This document shows, piece by piece, positions 38,926-52,275 of a stretch of 64,000 nt of DNA (its first letter is position 1; each line of letters begins with the position of its first letter). The position numbers and the translations under genes are program-made. The notes under the pieces were generated by a model. That model was not told the origin of the DNA. It did not search any database and worked only from the letters and a program-made list of their open reading frames with translations. Source of the stretch: Blepharisma stoltei ATCC 30299 (Eukaryota; Protista; Ciliophora); the NCBI GenBank assembly GCA_965603825.1, contig CBFDEM010000047.1:783310-847309 (forward strand), in the 5' to 3' direction.

Positions 38926-41900
38926 TTAACTTAGTCTATTTTCAGACAGCTTTTGAGGAGTGATTTTAGATCGGGTTTTGCTAAAAGTAAACGCAAATTT
39001 AAATAAAGTACTTGTATCCTTTCCTTTCTTCCTAAACAGCATACTTGGATATTTTTTCTTTTGGACATATAAGCCAACCATAGCTATTATAACCCACCCG
39101 ATAGCCAGTAAGCATACCCATAAAGGATTAGTAGTCTTGCCAAGCCCTATATTAATTGTTGTGATAAATGATGACCATGATACAGCAATCAGAGTTAGAA
39201 AATGTCACCAGGTAAACCTAGGATAGTTAAATGATTGATTTTTAAACCCGAAGATCCCAAAAATAATAACAATCAGGGTAAACAAAGCTCCATGCGTTAT
39301 ATCTTGGGCTCTTTTTACAGTTTTGTTTAAGACAATAAGGGAAACTTGAAAAACAGTTTTTACCATTAAATGCAAAGGGGTGTACTTTACATGCACCAAA
39401 TTATCTAATTCTTGCCATAGCGGTCTACAGAAAACAGCTAATGGCTCATAAACTACAAGGCAAACTGCAGAAATCGCTGCATATATAATATGCTCACCTT
39501 TCCAGGCTATATGGTCAAATTTTTTGTGTCAGATATTATTCACACCCTTTATAGCGAGAAAGAATTTTTCGCGCCCTTAAAGGAGCTAAAATACTTAGCA
39601 TTAGAATTATACTTTGCAGTGAATATAAGAATTTAAACTGCTTTATTTTCCAGATAATTATCTAATATGATGAAAAAAGTATACTACTTATTAAAATTTA
39701 TCTTATTTAGTTAGAATGCTTAAATAGTGAAATTTGACGTTTTTTCTAAGAGGAATATATAAAAAAATTAATTTGATTCACAAATTTCATCATAAAAAAT
39801 GGTAACTATCTTAAATTTATCAAATAACTTGTATCTCGCTATAAGAGCTTTTAGAGAATTAGGCTAAATTACTTCGGCCTTCTAGGATGTTTAACCAATA
39901 ATTTCTTAAGAGTTATTGATTATAACAATTTTACTCGCTCTTAAAAGCATTAATTTTCGAAATATAGGCATTTAATAGTGGTTTTACTCGTTATTAAAGA
40001 GAGTCTGGATAAAATCCTTGTCATGTAATAAATGTCTCAAGGAAATAACAGTCAAAAAATCAAAAGAATGCCTGCCAGAGGTAAATATTCTCAAACCTAC
40101 ACCTTTCCAGCAAAACTGATAGCAATCTTTAATCATAAAGCTATCAGTGAAATTTTCTCCAATTGATTCATCACATATAAAAACATCTAAAAGTAGAGAA
40201 ACTATTGGTATAAACATAAGATTGTCAAGAATTGGCATCAAAAAATCAGCAGACTTATTCAGCAGCCTAAACAAGCCAATTGTAGGTAATCTTTCGTCAA
40301 GTCGAAACAATACAGTTACTGACAAAACAGCCCATATAAAAACGACACCAAAAATAAAACCAAGGAAAAACCAAAAGACGCCATTTTTAGTACTGATGAA
40401 ATCGTTTATGTCTAAAGAAAGCATATTTCCTAGGTCGCCAATTAAAGCGCTAATAGAAGCGAGGTTAGGTCCCATTGATATCAACTGGAAAAACTCTATT
40501 ATCACTGTAGCCCCCATCATAAAATCTTCAATAGACATTTCCTGCTTTGTAATCAGTTGCTCCACTTTTATATTCCATCATTTTTCTCAGATATAAAATG
40601 TTATAATTGCCGTGCTTATGCCAACAGTAATAGAAATGCCGAAAATTAAGTATCTTCCTTTGGTAAAAGTTCTTACTTTATCATCTGGGAAAGGGCAATT
40701 TCCATTTACAATTCTTAATAAACTAACAGTTGTGGTGTTATCTGGATATACGAGAGGCTTTATTATTTGAAGAAGTGTCGTTCCTAATGGTTTTATATAA
40801 GCGCTGTCAATTATTGTAACATTTCCTGTGTTTTTATTTAAAACAGCATTTTGCAAAATAATTAGGTCAACAACCCTATTATTCATCCCGTCTTCAATTT
40901 GCACTTTTCCTGAACATCCTCTGAAGCTTTGCTTTCTTATAGCTGTCATTAATTTAGTTGCGTTAGTATAATCTTGCCCTCTATTTATCATGAAATCAAT
41001 TGCCAAAGCTCCTAATAATAAAGAATCGTAATACGCACAAGGCTGAACCAGATTGTCACTTTTGGCAATATTATACCTTTTTTCAAGTAAATCAGCCACC
41101 ATTTCTCCAGTTTCTCCTGTATACCCTGGCTGTTCAAATGCAATTGAAGGTGTCCCAGCTTCTTTTGATTCATCAAGATAAAGTGCAGAAGATGTGAACA
41201 TAGAAGAAATAGTCCCTGGGTTTGCATAGTAAATAAGCAGATCGCCATTTCTCATGCCTAAGTCATGAAAAACTTTTATGCCATCTGGAGCTGCATTAAT
41301 AGGGACTGCATACACTATAAGTCTGGCGTTACAATTTATGGCTTCTTGAAAAATATGTGAGTAGTTTGCTTTTAGAGTGGCGTAATAAGTAGCTGTTGGA
41401 AAAGACCGTGACGCAGGGTCATTGAGAATATTTATTTTATATTTTTCTGCCTCAGTTAGAAAAGCAGTTACGAACTCTATAGAAAACGAGCTTTGTTGGT
41501 ATATGAGAGCACAGCTTCTTCATCCAAGTGTGTAAAGGATTTTTACAGACATAGAAGCGATATAAACGCCATTATAACTGACTCTTGCAAATAAGGGGTA
41601 ATTGGAAATTGAAGAAAATGCATCAGAACCTATTCTTGAACCTATTTGTGGGACTTTGATGTTTAATTTATTAAATGTTGTGAAAATTCCGTTAAAGACG
41701 GCTGTGCTGCTGGGGGGAATATAAATAAGACCAATTTTAGTTATATTTTGCTTGAAACAGCTTAATTGGAATGTTGCATTAACTGTTGTGCTGCCGCAAT
41801 CAAAACTATTTCCTTGAATTGCAAAATTGTCAAGAATCCCTAATTCGTCTTTATTTATTAGAGAGATAGCTAAATTGCTGCCTGCAAATTCAATTGTGTT

Positions 41901-42933
41901 AAAAGGGTAGCTTTGAACTCCATTAGGATTATGAATCCCGCTATTTAAGCCTATTTCTAATACTTTTTTTTCTGATGAAGGTATTGCTTGTGAATTGCCA
42001 ATAAAAGTGATATTATTAAAGCTTTGGTCAAATGCATCCCCAATAAATACCCTGCTTCCATTTTTTACATTCAGTAAGCTAAATGAATTTTCACAAAAAT
42101 GATTAGGGCATAAGCTCTCAGCAGCTTGCCTTAATTCATATTGATCATTAAAGTCAGTTAAAATTCCTTGTATTGCGAATAATATTTGATTTGCGATATA
42201 CTCTTCTTTTGATTCAGAAGATACTTGGTCTTTAGGAGCAATGATTAATGACCCTTCAAGTGTCAAATTATAGCTACTTTCATGGCTCATTAAAACTGAG
42301 CTTCCTAATCCCAATAGTTTTGCATTTTCTAAATTTTCTACTATTTTCCATGAAGTGTTGTCATCTGTAAATAAATAGTATAAATTTGTCCCTAGATTGA
42401 AAACTTCTTTGTTAATTATTTCTTCAATATCAGAGCTATTTTCTATTATGAAATATCTAAAAGAGTTCTCTAATAAATTATCAATCATGCTCTTTAGAAA
42501 TCAATTTTCTTTAGATAAAAAGAAAACGCCAGATGCTCAATTCAGATTTTTAAGGACATTTACAATTGCCTTTGAATAGTTGGCCTTTTCGAAAATTAAT
42601 GAATATGTTCATATATGGTAGCTTTCGTTAAAGTCATCAATAATAAAGTGAACAAATTCTAAATCTTCAGCCTGCTGAGATAATAAAAAATGGGTATTCC
42701 AAATTCGATGTAAGATCAATTACTAATCATTTTTCATTATTGCTTTGAATTAGTTGATCTGAAAATTTTTCTTCAATCCATATTACTGAAATACTGCTTT
42801 CGGAAATAAGCTTTGAGCTCAAGATATTTTGAAGTTCATTTATCTTTAAGCTTTTGTCTGTGTTATATATGATCAAAATATCCAACGAATATGATATAAC
42901 AATTGATCGGATCAGAGTTAAAAAAAATATCAT
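38926..42933 (-). pseudogene. Full-length receptor copy 4, disrupted by a +1 frameshift (~42700) and a 605-bp insertion
   Basis: Frame between 42727 and 42488 is off by one, with one extra base relative to copies 1 and 2. Insertion 39495-40110 falls in the CWKG codons. The rest is open. Confidence 0.75.
39495..40110. mobile_element. 605-bp insertion flanked by the 11-bp direct repeat CACCTTTCCAG
   Basis: Direct repeats at 39495-39505 and 40100-40110. Homologous to the 33.5-kb insertion. No long ORF and no clear terminal inverted repeat. Confidence 0.75.
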
Positions 42934-44127
42934 TAAGAGCTTTGCTTGATTAATTAATTTATTATTCTCGGCATCATAAGGATATACATACACAATAGGG
43001 TTTTTTTAATAAAATTTAAGGGATTAAGTATAAATTATTGAAAAGAATTCTATGAAAATAATAATCAAAGTATTATGCAAAAGCTATTTAATAAGATGAG
43101 AAATATTAAAGAAGTAATTAAGATGCCAAAACTTATAATTAAATTTATATAAAATAGCGTGCCTTTTTAGGGGTTTTACGATTTAAAGGCCCATAAGTTA
43201 TTCAAGCTTGTAAATATATAAATTTTATATAGTGAATAATTTCCAAGAAGGGAAATTCTGTTTCATTTTTATAAGGGCAGCAAAAAATTTAATAAATGCG
43301 AATAGAATTTCTATCAAAAAATAGAAGAATCTGAATTTAAAGTGAAATGGTCTTATACTTCGAAAAGAGGCTTTTATCACTACAATGAAAAAATAAAGTG
43401 GCTGAAAAAAATTTATTGCTTATAGAATTTAATAATTAGTAATCATTATCTGATTTAAATTACTTAGAATTAAGGCCACAAAAGCAGTTTATTACTTGAA
43501 AAAATAGAAATAAGCTTAGAAGTGATTGAAAGAAATTTCAAACATAATGATCAGATTTGAATAATACCTTAAAGGCAGACTAGGGGCCAGATCGAAATAA
43601 TAACGATGATGCTATTTTTATGATAATTTTATATTAGCCTGACAACCAGAGCTTAATAGCATTTCCAATAAAACGATTTTTGCCATTTTAGATTTGAATA
43701 TTGCATCTGGCTGGCCCAAAAGGTAGTGCCACAGAGAGTTAAATCTTTTGATAATATAATAAAAATAAATGATTTATAAAGGTCTAATATATATCCTAAA
43801 TATAGTCTATTTATTTTCTAGTTAACTTCATTAATTTTATATTTTTAAGAAAATTATAATAGTAAATATGGCAAAAATATAGTTTTTTAACTGTGTAACT
43901 GAGAGAATGGTGTGCTTAATATATGCAATATTCGATTGCAACTTTTAGACATTATAAATTTATTATAAATGCTGCAATAATAAACTTATCTCTATAAAGA
44001 CTATATAGACAAAATTGTTTTATTATCTAAAAATGCACTTACTGAAAGAAGAGTTAACTATGGTGAAAGAAAAAGCTACCAATTTTATTTTATATTTAAA
44101 TATTCTAATTAAATAGGCCAACAATCA

Positions 44128-44703
44128 ATGTTTGCTGCCTATTTGTTTAGAGGAATAATGATTGGAGATTCCCAAAGCGGAAAGTCAAGCTTGGCTCATA
44201 GATTTCTGAGAAACAGGTTCATTGAAGAGCAAAAACCAACTATTGGTGTTGAATTTGCGTATAAAATTATAGGCGTTGATGGCATAGCGATAAAATTGCA
44301 ATTATGGGATACTGCAGGTAGAGAGGAGTTCAGAACAACAACTAGATCCTATTATAGATCCGTTGCAGCAATTATCTTTGTTTATGACGTTACAAGGAGA
44401 GAAAGCTTCGAACACCTAAACGCTAGGATTTCTGAAGCAATCCAAAATGCTCCAAGCACTGCTGTGGCAATTTTAGTTGGAAATAAAGTTGATAAAGAAG
44501 GGGAAAGAAATGTTTTATTTGAAGAAGGCCAAAAATTTGCAAGTGAACACCAAATGATTTATTTGGAAACTTCAGCTAAAACTGGATGGAATGTTGACAA
44601 TATATTTCACTTCGTTTCAGCAGAAATATTGGCGAGAATCAGAAATGGACTGATAGATGTAGAAAAAGAAGGTCCTGGAATCAAACTAAATGAGCAATAT
44701 TAA
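44128..44703 (+). CDS. Divergent Rab-family GTPase (Rab2/4/14-like)
   Basis: GDSQSGKS, TIGVEF, WDTAGREEF, GNKVD and ETSAK motifs. No C-terminal Cys. Confidence 0.9.
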   Translation: MFAAYLFRGIMIGDSQSGKSSLAHRFLRNRFIEEQKPTIGVEFAYKIIGVDGIAIKLQLWDTAGREEFRTTTRSYYRSVAAIIFVYDVTRRESFEHLNARISEAIQNAPSTAVAILVGNKVDKEGERNVLFEEGQKFASEHQMIYLETSAKTGWNVDNIFHFVSAEILARIRNGLIDVEKEGPGIKLNEQY

Positions 44704-44847
44704 AAACTCACAAATGAAATAGTCGATATTGGCTGTTCAGCTAGAATTTTGATAGTAGCTAGTACTAAATAATATATTATAAAGCACATTGAGGGGACAT
44801 TTCTTTGACTCAAAGATCATTAATTACTAGATTATTTATTTTTATTG

Positions 44848-45408
44848 ATGATTGATACATTCAAAGTGATCTTAATTGGGGATCCTTGCGTTGGAAAGTC
44901 AAATTTATTTAAGAGATGCGTTGAGAACACATTCACAGAAGAATACCAAAAGACAATGGGCTGTAGTGTTAGTATGAAAACGATCAATATTAACGAAGAA
45001 GGGATAAAATTTCAATTGTGGGATACTCTTGGGGGATTTGCGATAAAACATACATTCCAATTACTAGAACCTACTTCGGACGTACGACAGCAGCATTGAT
45101 AATTTACGACGTCACAAAAAGAGAGAGCTTTGAACATTTGGATTTTTAGATTTATGAAATAATGGCTCATGGTCCTCGGAGATGCTATAAAAGTCTTGGT
45201 TGGAAATAAAGTTGATAAAGAAGTGGAAAGAGAAGTTTTATTTGAAGAAGGCCAAAAATTTGCAAATGATTGCCAAATGATTTATCTGGAAACATCAGCT
45301 AAAACAGGGTTGAATGTTGAGAATTTGTTTAATTTTATTGCTGCAGAAATTTTGACCAGAATCAGAAATGGGCAATTAGACATAGAGGCTTATAGTAATC
45401 AAGGCTAA
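44848..45408 (+). pseudogene. Rab-like GTPase pseudogene
   Basis: GDPCVGKS, QLWDT, GNKVD and ETSAK are present but split by frameshifts and an in-frame TAG (~45147). Confidence 0.8.
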
Positions 45409-45965
45409 AATAATAACTAATAAAAAATTATAATATCAGAGCAATTAAAGTAAAGTTAAGGTCTTAGGTAAATCTATAATCTTAATTGACAGCAAGTACA
45501 CTGGAGGGTTTATCCACTTCGTGACACTTCCTCTCGGAGACTTTAAAGATTAAAAGGACTTGCCTTGCAAGTTGCCTCTGACATCACCTTGCTACTTCTC
45601 CAGACATTGATTACATGGGCAGAAATAAAAAAAATAAATTATTAGGCATCAGTCTAAAAAATAATCTGATCAAAAGTGGTCAAATTGTGCAGTTTCAACT
45701 GAAATCCCATCTGAGGTAGCATTGAAAAAAGCAATTGCGTCATTAAAATAGTATATAAGTTATTTAACAAAATTGCTTCAAATTAGTGATATGATAACAA
45801 ATCTGCCTTTATCCTGCTGATAGAATTTAAATAATTTTCGAAATTGGCAATTATTTATAAGCCATTATAAGTTTTTAACAAAAACTTCTTTAAATTTGAA
45901 GTGTGATAATAGATATGTTTTATTTCTTTAAGAATTTAAAAGATTTTAAATTTATTATAATTCCA

Positions 45966-47306
45966 TAAATGCAGTGATTTATTAAATTAGAAAAAAATAA
46001 GCCTGAAAATATTTAGGATAATTGCTAATAGTGCCCTGCAGTCAATGGAGCTGGTAAGTAATAATACATTTTTCTAAATATATTAAGGGGATATATTCCT
46101 ATATTAGGTATCAGTTTGCTAGATTAATGCTTATTGATTAAAATTTGAAGATTTTACTATATTTTTCTTTAAACTTAGTAGTGTATCAATTGCTAAAGTT
46201 TATTTAATTTCATTATAAATGCTTTTATGAGTTTATGAATGTAAAAGCAGCTTCAATCCTCTATCGATATTAATTGTCATAAATGCCATGTGGCTATATA
46301 TTTAAAGCGGTCTTGATCGGGGATTGCCAAGTTGGAAAATCAAATATCCTTCTTAGATATACAAAGAATGAATTCAAAGAGATATATGATATGAACATAG
46401 GTGTTAAATTTGGAGCGAAGAGTTTCAATAATAATGGAGTAGCAATTCAATTGTGGGATACTTCAGGTCATGAGTCATCTATATCAATTGTTAGGACTTT
46501 TTGATCATTTGTTGCAGCTGAAATCTTTGTTTATGATGTCACAAATAGAGAAAGCTTTGATCATTTAGAGGGCTGAGTCTCTGATGTAACTCTTGGTGCT
46601 CCTAGAAAGGACGTAGGAGTTATAGTAGGTAATAAAATTGATAAAGTAGGAGAAAGAAAAGTTTTATTTGAAGAAGGCCAAAAATTTGCAAATGACCACC
46701 AAATGATTTATTTGGAAACTTCAGCTAAAACAGGATGGAATGTTGAGAATTTGTTTAATTTTGTTTCTGTTCAAATTTTAACAAAGTTAAGAAATGGGCT
46801 GATAAGCATAGAGAATACAAAAACTGGGATTGTATTCCGAAATAAGTTGGAGAGCAATTAAATAAATTTAGAACTTCAAACATATTAATATAAACATTAG
46901 ATGCCTTATAAGAATTTAATGAAAGAAGGTATCTTTTCAAATGGATAATTTTTCCAGGATTTAAGGAGCTCAGCAAACTGGAACTACTTTTCTTCAATAC
47001 TCCAAGCTTTACAATCAGACAGATATGCCTAGTTTATACGATAGAATGGCTGGCCAGTTAGAATAAAGGCTTATGGAACTAATTTGCATAGACTGTATGA
47101 GTCTTATTTAGTTCAAAGTTAGCAGATATATATTACTTTTATTGAGATATGTAAAGCTCAGATAAATTAACCAAGTATTTATATCTCAGCATTTTTTATA
47201 ATTGATCCTTATAATCTTCCAACATCAGCACAGCGAATTATAAGGATCGGGGTTCTAATTTCTCCAATTCTATACGCCCACAAGCTTATAACAGAAAAGT
47301 TCTTGT
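45966..47306 (+). repeat. Left arm of ~1.35-kb inverted duplication (Rab gene plus flanks)
   Basis: Reverse-complement match to ~58420-59779, including non-coding flanks. Confidence 0.85.
46283..46861 (+). CDS. Divergent Rab-family GTPase (192 aa)
   Basis: GDCQVGKS, WDTSGHE, GNKID and ETSAK motifs. Two TGA=Trp codons; TAA at 46859-46861. No C-terminal Cys. Confidence 0.85.
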
Positions 47307-47875
47307 ACAAGCGGCTATGCATAAGATATTAATCACATGCCGCCCCCATCCTAGTATTATTAAAGGCTGGCTTCTTATGAATCCTTCTAATTTTCCCCAT
47401 GAAACAACTGATCCTGTAAAAATGACAGCTCCAATAAAGACTCCAAGGTTTGTCTCAATTCTTGCTAAGTTGTCCTGATCAGTGTGAAGCAAATAGTGGC
47501 CAAATGATACAAGAGTGGCAGCGAGGCTGACAAAACTGTGAAGCGCTGCTACCATTTGTGACATGTTAATCATCTCGACTCGAAGGGCCATAGCACAGCC
47601 TAGGATACCACCTGATACAAACATAACAAAGAATATAGCAAATTGATAATCAAAATCATCAACAAAAAAGGTAGCTATAATGGCTAAGGTCATTGCGATT
47701 ATTCCTAGCTCGTTAGTTACAATTTTTTTTTGTTGTTGAGAAACTTATGAATAGGAAAAAATTATTTTTTAATAATTTCCTCTTTTGGCTGTTTTTTGAT
47801 TGCTGATTCCTCCAAGGGAAAGGATGAAGAATATTGCACAGACTATGTATGTTCCTGTTACGAAGTCATCTATTT
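47300..47875 (-). pseudogene. NAD(P) transhydrogenase beta-domain (PntB/NNT) fragment
   Basis: FFILSLGGISNQKTAKRGN...GIIAMTLA...MINMSQMVAALHSFVSLAATLV...IGAVIFTGSVVSWGKLEG. Interrupted by a ~65-bp AT-rich insert and truncated at the inverted-duplication arm. Confidence 0.8.
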
Positions 47876-48342
47876 TACAATTATGATATTGACTAGATAA
47901 GAAATTTATCCGTTTTATGCGAGATCGCCTCTATATGAGGACAAATTTTGTGATAATTGGGTAAAAAATCTATCAAATCTGATTATGATATTTCGATTAT
48001 TGTGACAGATAGGCTCAAATTAAAACTGATTTGGATAATTTACATTGCTTAAAGACTCATCTCTAAAGCAGAAACAATTTTGGGAATCAAGGCTTGTGCT
48101 TTGGCTTATTTTTCATGAATTTTTAAAAATAATATTTATAATTAAACAAAAATGCTTTCAAGCTTATCATATATTTAGTTTATCACAAATGCAAAAGTTA
48201 AGCCTTAAAATTTTGAGTTAAGTATAAATTTCATAACTATGAAAATCTGATATATTATATATAAGAAAATATTAATCTGAGCATAAGAAAATAATATGAT
48301 AATTAAATGCAGCCTAAATAGCAACCATTATTATTAATTAAA

Positions 48343-51300
48343 TTAAAATCCTCTCGCAGAGAACAGCTTGCAACTCAATTCTCTGAAGTAGCTTTCAATT
48401 TTTTCGAATTTCGTATTAAAGAATAGTGCAGCTCTCTCATTAGTTTTTGTTTTTATTTGTATGCTTGCGTATCTTAAAGCTTGCTCTGCTAATTCCACAA
48501 TTATTTTTCTCACCTCACTAACAGGGCACATAAATAAAATTTCCTTTAATATTTTTGCATCAGTGATTTTTTCTAAAAATCAATCTGCATTTTCTTCTTG
48601 CTCTAGCATTCTTGTAATAGCTTTTACCAGGCTCATAAACTGTCCTCCTCTATCCCTATTTCTTATCTGAATAGCCAAAAAGTTTTCAATAATAAATTTC
48701 ACAGGAGGATTTTCTAATTTTGTCATCTCATTGATAAACCAGGCATATTCGTATCCAAAAACATATTTTATTTTCCAATATTTTTTATTTTTTTCTTTAT
48801 ATAGTCTTTCAAAAATGTCTACCCCTCCATAGCTGGTGTTTAGATTAATTTTCTCAATTTCATCTGATTCAGGGTTGCGGAGCCTGTATTTTTTGATTCT
48901 TTCGTATAAAAGTAGATACCCATTTGTGATTTTTTGCTTTATTTCCCCTGTAGTTGTATTTTTTAAAAATCCGCCAAATGCGTTCGCTGCAATTTCTGTT
49001 TCAGGAATTTCGTATACCATAGTGTCATTAAAATTTATTCACGATTTTTTTTTAAAATCATATATAAATGAGTAATAATGGCCACGTTCTGCATCTCCTG
49101 TGTGTATAATTATTCCTCTTAATTTGTAATTATAATAATTTTTTTCAAATACCCCTGACCCATTTTCTAAATTTTTTAAGCCTTCTTGTGTGTAAGGCTC
49201 CATATCTAGTTCTGAAGGAAACTCAAAATACTCATTAAGCTTACTTGGCTTCATAGTTTCAAAATTAAATTCAAAACGTCTCAGTGCCAGCATTAAATAA
49301 TTTGGCAAGCACTTTATACTCACTCTTTTAAGGGCTTTTACTTTTATATGGCATTGCTCACATAAATATGCATTATCAGCCTCCAGAATTTCTCCTTCCA
49401 CAAGACTTTTTAAGCCTTCTGACAGCATTCGCTTATTTTTAACCTCGATTGGGATAGTTAAAAATGGCTCAAATCGCTGGGTCTTATGAGGGCAATCTTT
49501 GCTTTCTATTTCTAAAACCTGATATCCTCCGAAATGAGACTGGACTAGATTTTCATAATTGGAGCCTTTTAATGCATTTTCTAATCTTTCCATCAGATTC
49601 CCAAAAAACTCATCAGCGTCTTTTTGCTCATACAAATTTACTGGATTCCCATCACAATCCTTATAAGCTCTGCAAAATTTCCTTGTTGAAATAAACGGCT
49701 TGTCGCTATTTTTCAAGCCTGAAAAAATCCTTTTTAGCTGGAATAGCACATTATCTTCACTCGCAACAGTTGGGATATATAATATTCCATCTCTCAGACT
49801 TGGGATTGTATAAAGTGATTGGATTAAGGAATTCATATAGCAAGTGCAGCCTAAATTTCTAATTCCTGTAAAGCCTGTAAGTGACTTTTCATTTTGTAAA
49901 GAAAATCGGTTCCAGTCAGATTTGTGGTTTGATCTCCATGAGTTATCATAATGAAACTTTTCTAGTAAATTGGTAACTTTTGAGAGAAAATCTGAATTTT
50001 TGCATAAGTCATATAAAAGCTCAAAACCAGCTTGCCTTGTCTCAATATTTTTGCATTTTGGGAATGGTGACCGCGTAGACTCAGGTATTTCGAATAGACA
50101 TTTTTGTAAAAAGAAATCCAGAGAGTTTTCTATGGAGAGTAAATAGCTAGTCCATCCATTGGCAAGGACTTTCAAGGAGCCATATAGGATGATATCTTGG
50201 TACCCACTATTTATTTCCCATCTCAAAGTAATCTCGTTGAAAAGCTCATTAAATAAATCTAAAAATGGGGATTTATTTGGGATTTTTTTGAATAAAAATG
50301 CGAAAAAATCAAAATATAGCTTGCTTTTATTTTCCTTTGCTTTAGGAAGCAGTTGAAGCATTAACAAAGCGAAAGAGTAATGAATATTTGTCAAGTTTGC
50401 GATATTTTCCATTAGCTTCAGCATCAAAAACCCAAAATCGCTGCTTTTTTGAGCTATAAGGGAATTATATATAAGATCATTTGTGTGAATAAAATTCAAA
50501 ATTTCTGAAGAAGTCTCACTTTTATAGTAAAGCACCAAAAAATTGATAATTTCAGTTAAAGATTCAAAAAGCCCTCTTATATTATTAAGCTGATGAGGTG
50601 AAATACTCATTAATGAAAGGGTTTCCATAATAGCTTCAATAAAAGCATGATGGTTTTCTAGAGGAAATCTCAATAATTTGCCCAAAATATTGATTAAGGC
50701 TTCTTCTAATCTTATCAAAGGTTTTCCTTTTATGTTCCCCTTTATATAAAGAAAAAGCTTAATCAAGTATTCAGGCCCATTAACGCCAATAAATTTTAAT
50801 TTCCAGCTCTGATCGGAGCAATATCTATTAAGGACCATTAAGCAATATAGCAATTTATAAGGATTTGCAGGGTTCAAAATTCCCATAAGTTCTGAGCTAA
50901 GTGTGTATATATCATGCACTATTTTATCATATGTGGGAAGAGTCATTAATAGAGTCCAAGCTAAATCTGACGATCTTTGGACATTGTCCAGCAACAGCTG
51001 AAAAAGACAGTCATATAGCTGATGGTGACTTGACAATCCCATTCTAGCTTCATAGTCCATCACAGACGGCTCCATAAATATCACAATCATTGAAATGGAA
51101 TTTAAAGCAGAAATTTTTAAATCGTTTTCTGATGGGCCAAACAATTTGTCATTAACTTTGAGTACGATTTTTTCTATTGGCTCTGCATATATTTTCGCTA
51201 TTTCTTTTCTGAGATCTTTTATAGTCCCAGAATTATTTATTTCAATTGGCTTATATTGCAAGTCGCTTTCCCTTTTCATGTACATGGTAGAATTCTGTGA

Positions 51301-51792
51301 TAAGGGGTCACGAATTTCGACTAGTTTTAGCAATAAAGACAGTCCTCTGCACGTCAAAATATCATCATTTATGCATTTCTCTATGTAAGTTGCTAAATCA
51401 GACACAAAATCATTAAAAATTTTTTGTGCTTCCCGGCATATTGATATATGGAATTTTGTTAATAAAGCTATCAGCATAATCATAGAATCTTGGACGACTA
51501 ATGCATCATCTGATTGCAGAAATATAGACGCAAGCTTGTCAAACCCGACTATATTGGCTGATTTTCTGCAGACAATTCTGTTTTCATCTACTTCAATTTT
51601 CTGAAGAGATGCATTTTGGGAAAGGAAGATCTGCTTAAAATACTCAAAATTCTGATGGTTAACGTTTTGGGAAGGAAATTTCAGGTCGTTTAGAAAGAAT
51701 TCAGAAAAGGTTTCTGATTGTTGGGCGTCAGAAATGGCTGGCTTATCTTGAGAACCTTTGACGAATTTTTCTAGGTATGAGCCGATCATCAT
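48343..51792 (-). CDS. Ubiquitin-specific protease (USP9/24/34-like)
   Basis: Cys box GIRNLGCTCYMNS, EQKDADEF, His box HTGDAERGHYYSFI...W(TGA 49039)INFND. Single frame to TAA 48343. Confidence 0.9.
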
Positions 51793-52275
51793 TTAAATAT
51801 TATAAATTAATGAATTGAGAATTGAAGTGTGTTTTTGGGGTTTTATGATATTTCTGAGAATAAATTATTTTTGGACCAATAATTGCATCCATCTTGGATT
51901 GTGTTTTTAAGTATTAATTTCTGATGGAAAGGAAATTTTGATTTAGGATTAACTTAGCCTATAGCTGATTATAGTTTCGTTAGATCAAAATCATAAAGAC
52001 ATTTTTAAAAATCTGCCAGAAATAACTTAAAAATGTATAAAATGTGATACTCATTAAACTAATTTATTAATCAACAGAAAAATAGAATAAGTTTTATGAG
52101 GTTTCAATAGAAACTAAAATTTACTCATAACTTTTATGCATTCCAAGCTGCCTCTTTCATCTTTTTATCAATTATATTTTCGGCATCTAAATTTCATTTT
52201 TTAAGTGATGTATACAAACTTACTTACCTCAGAAAATAATTGAGCTAAATTTCTATTTAATTTTAATCTCTAAAT

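Larger units (their letters stand above)
28153..40605. repeat. Tandem segmental duplication, unit ~6.5 kb (~28153-34631 and ~34627-40605)
   Basis: Copy 2 + spacer + fragment is colinear with copy 3 + spacer + 3' end of copy 4, including non-coding spacer and the shared insertion. The junction at ~34627 has ATAAT microhomology. Confidence 0.85.

Noticed and set aside
47709-47773. AT-rich insert in the transhydrogenase fragment as an IES or intron
   Set aside because: No TA-to-TA excision or GT-AG splice that I tried restores the G-N-x-x-G frame.
52219-52232. TACTTACCT resembling the U1 snRNA 5' end
   Set aside because: No downstream U1 stem-loops or Sm site; it lies in AT-rich sequence just downstream of a gene.
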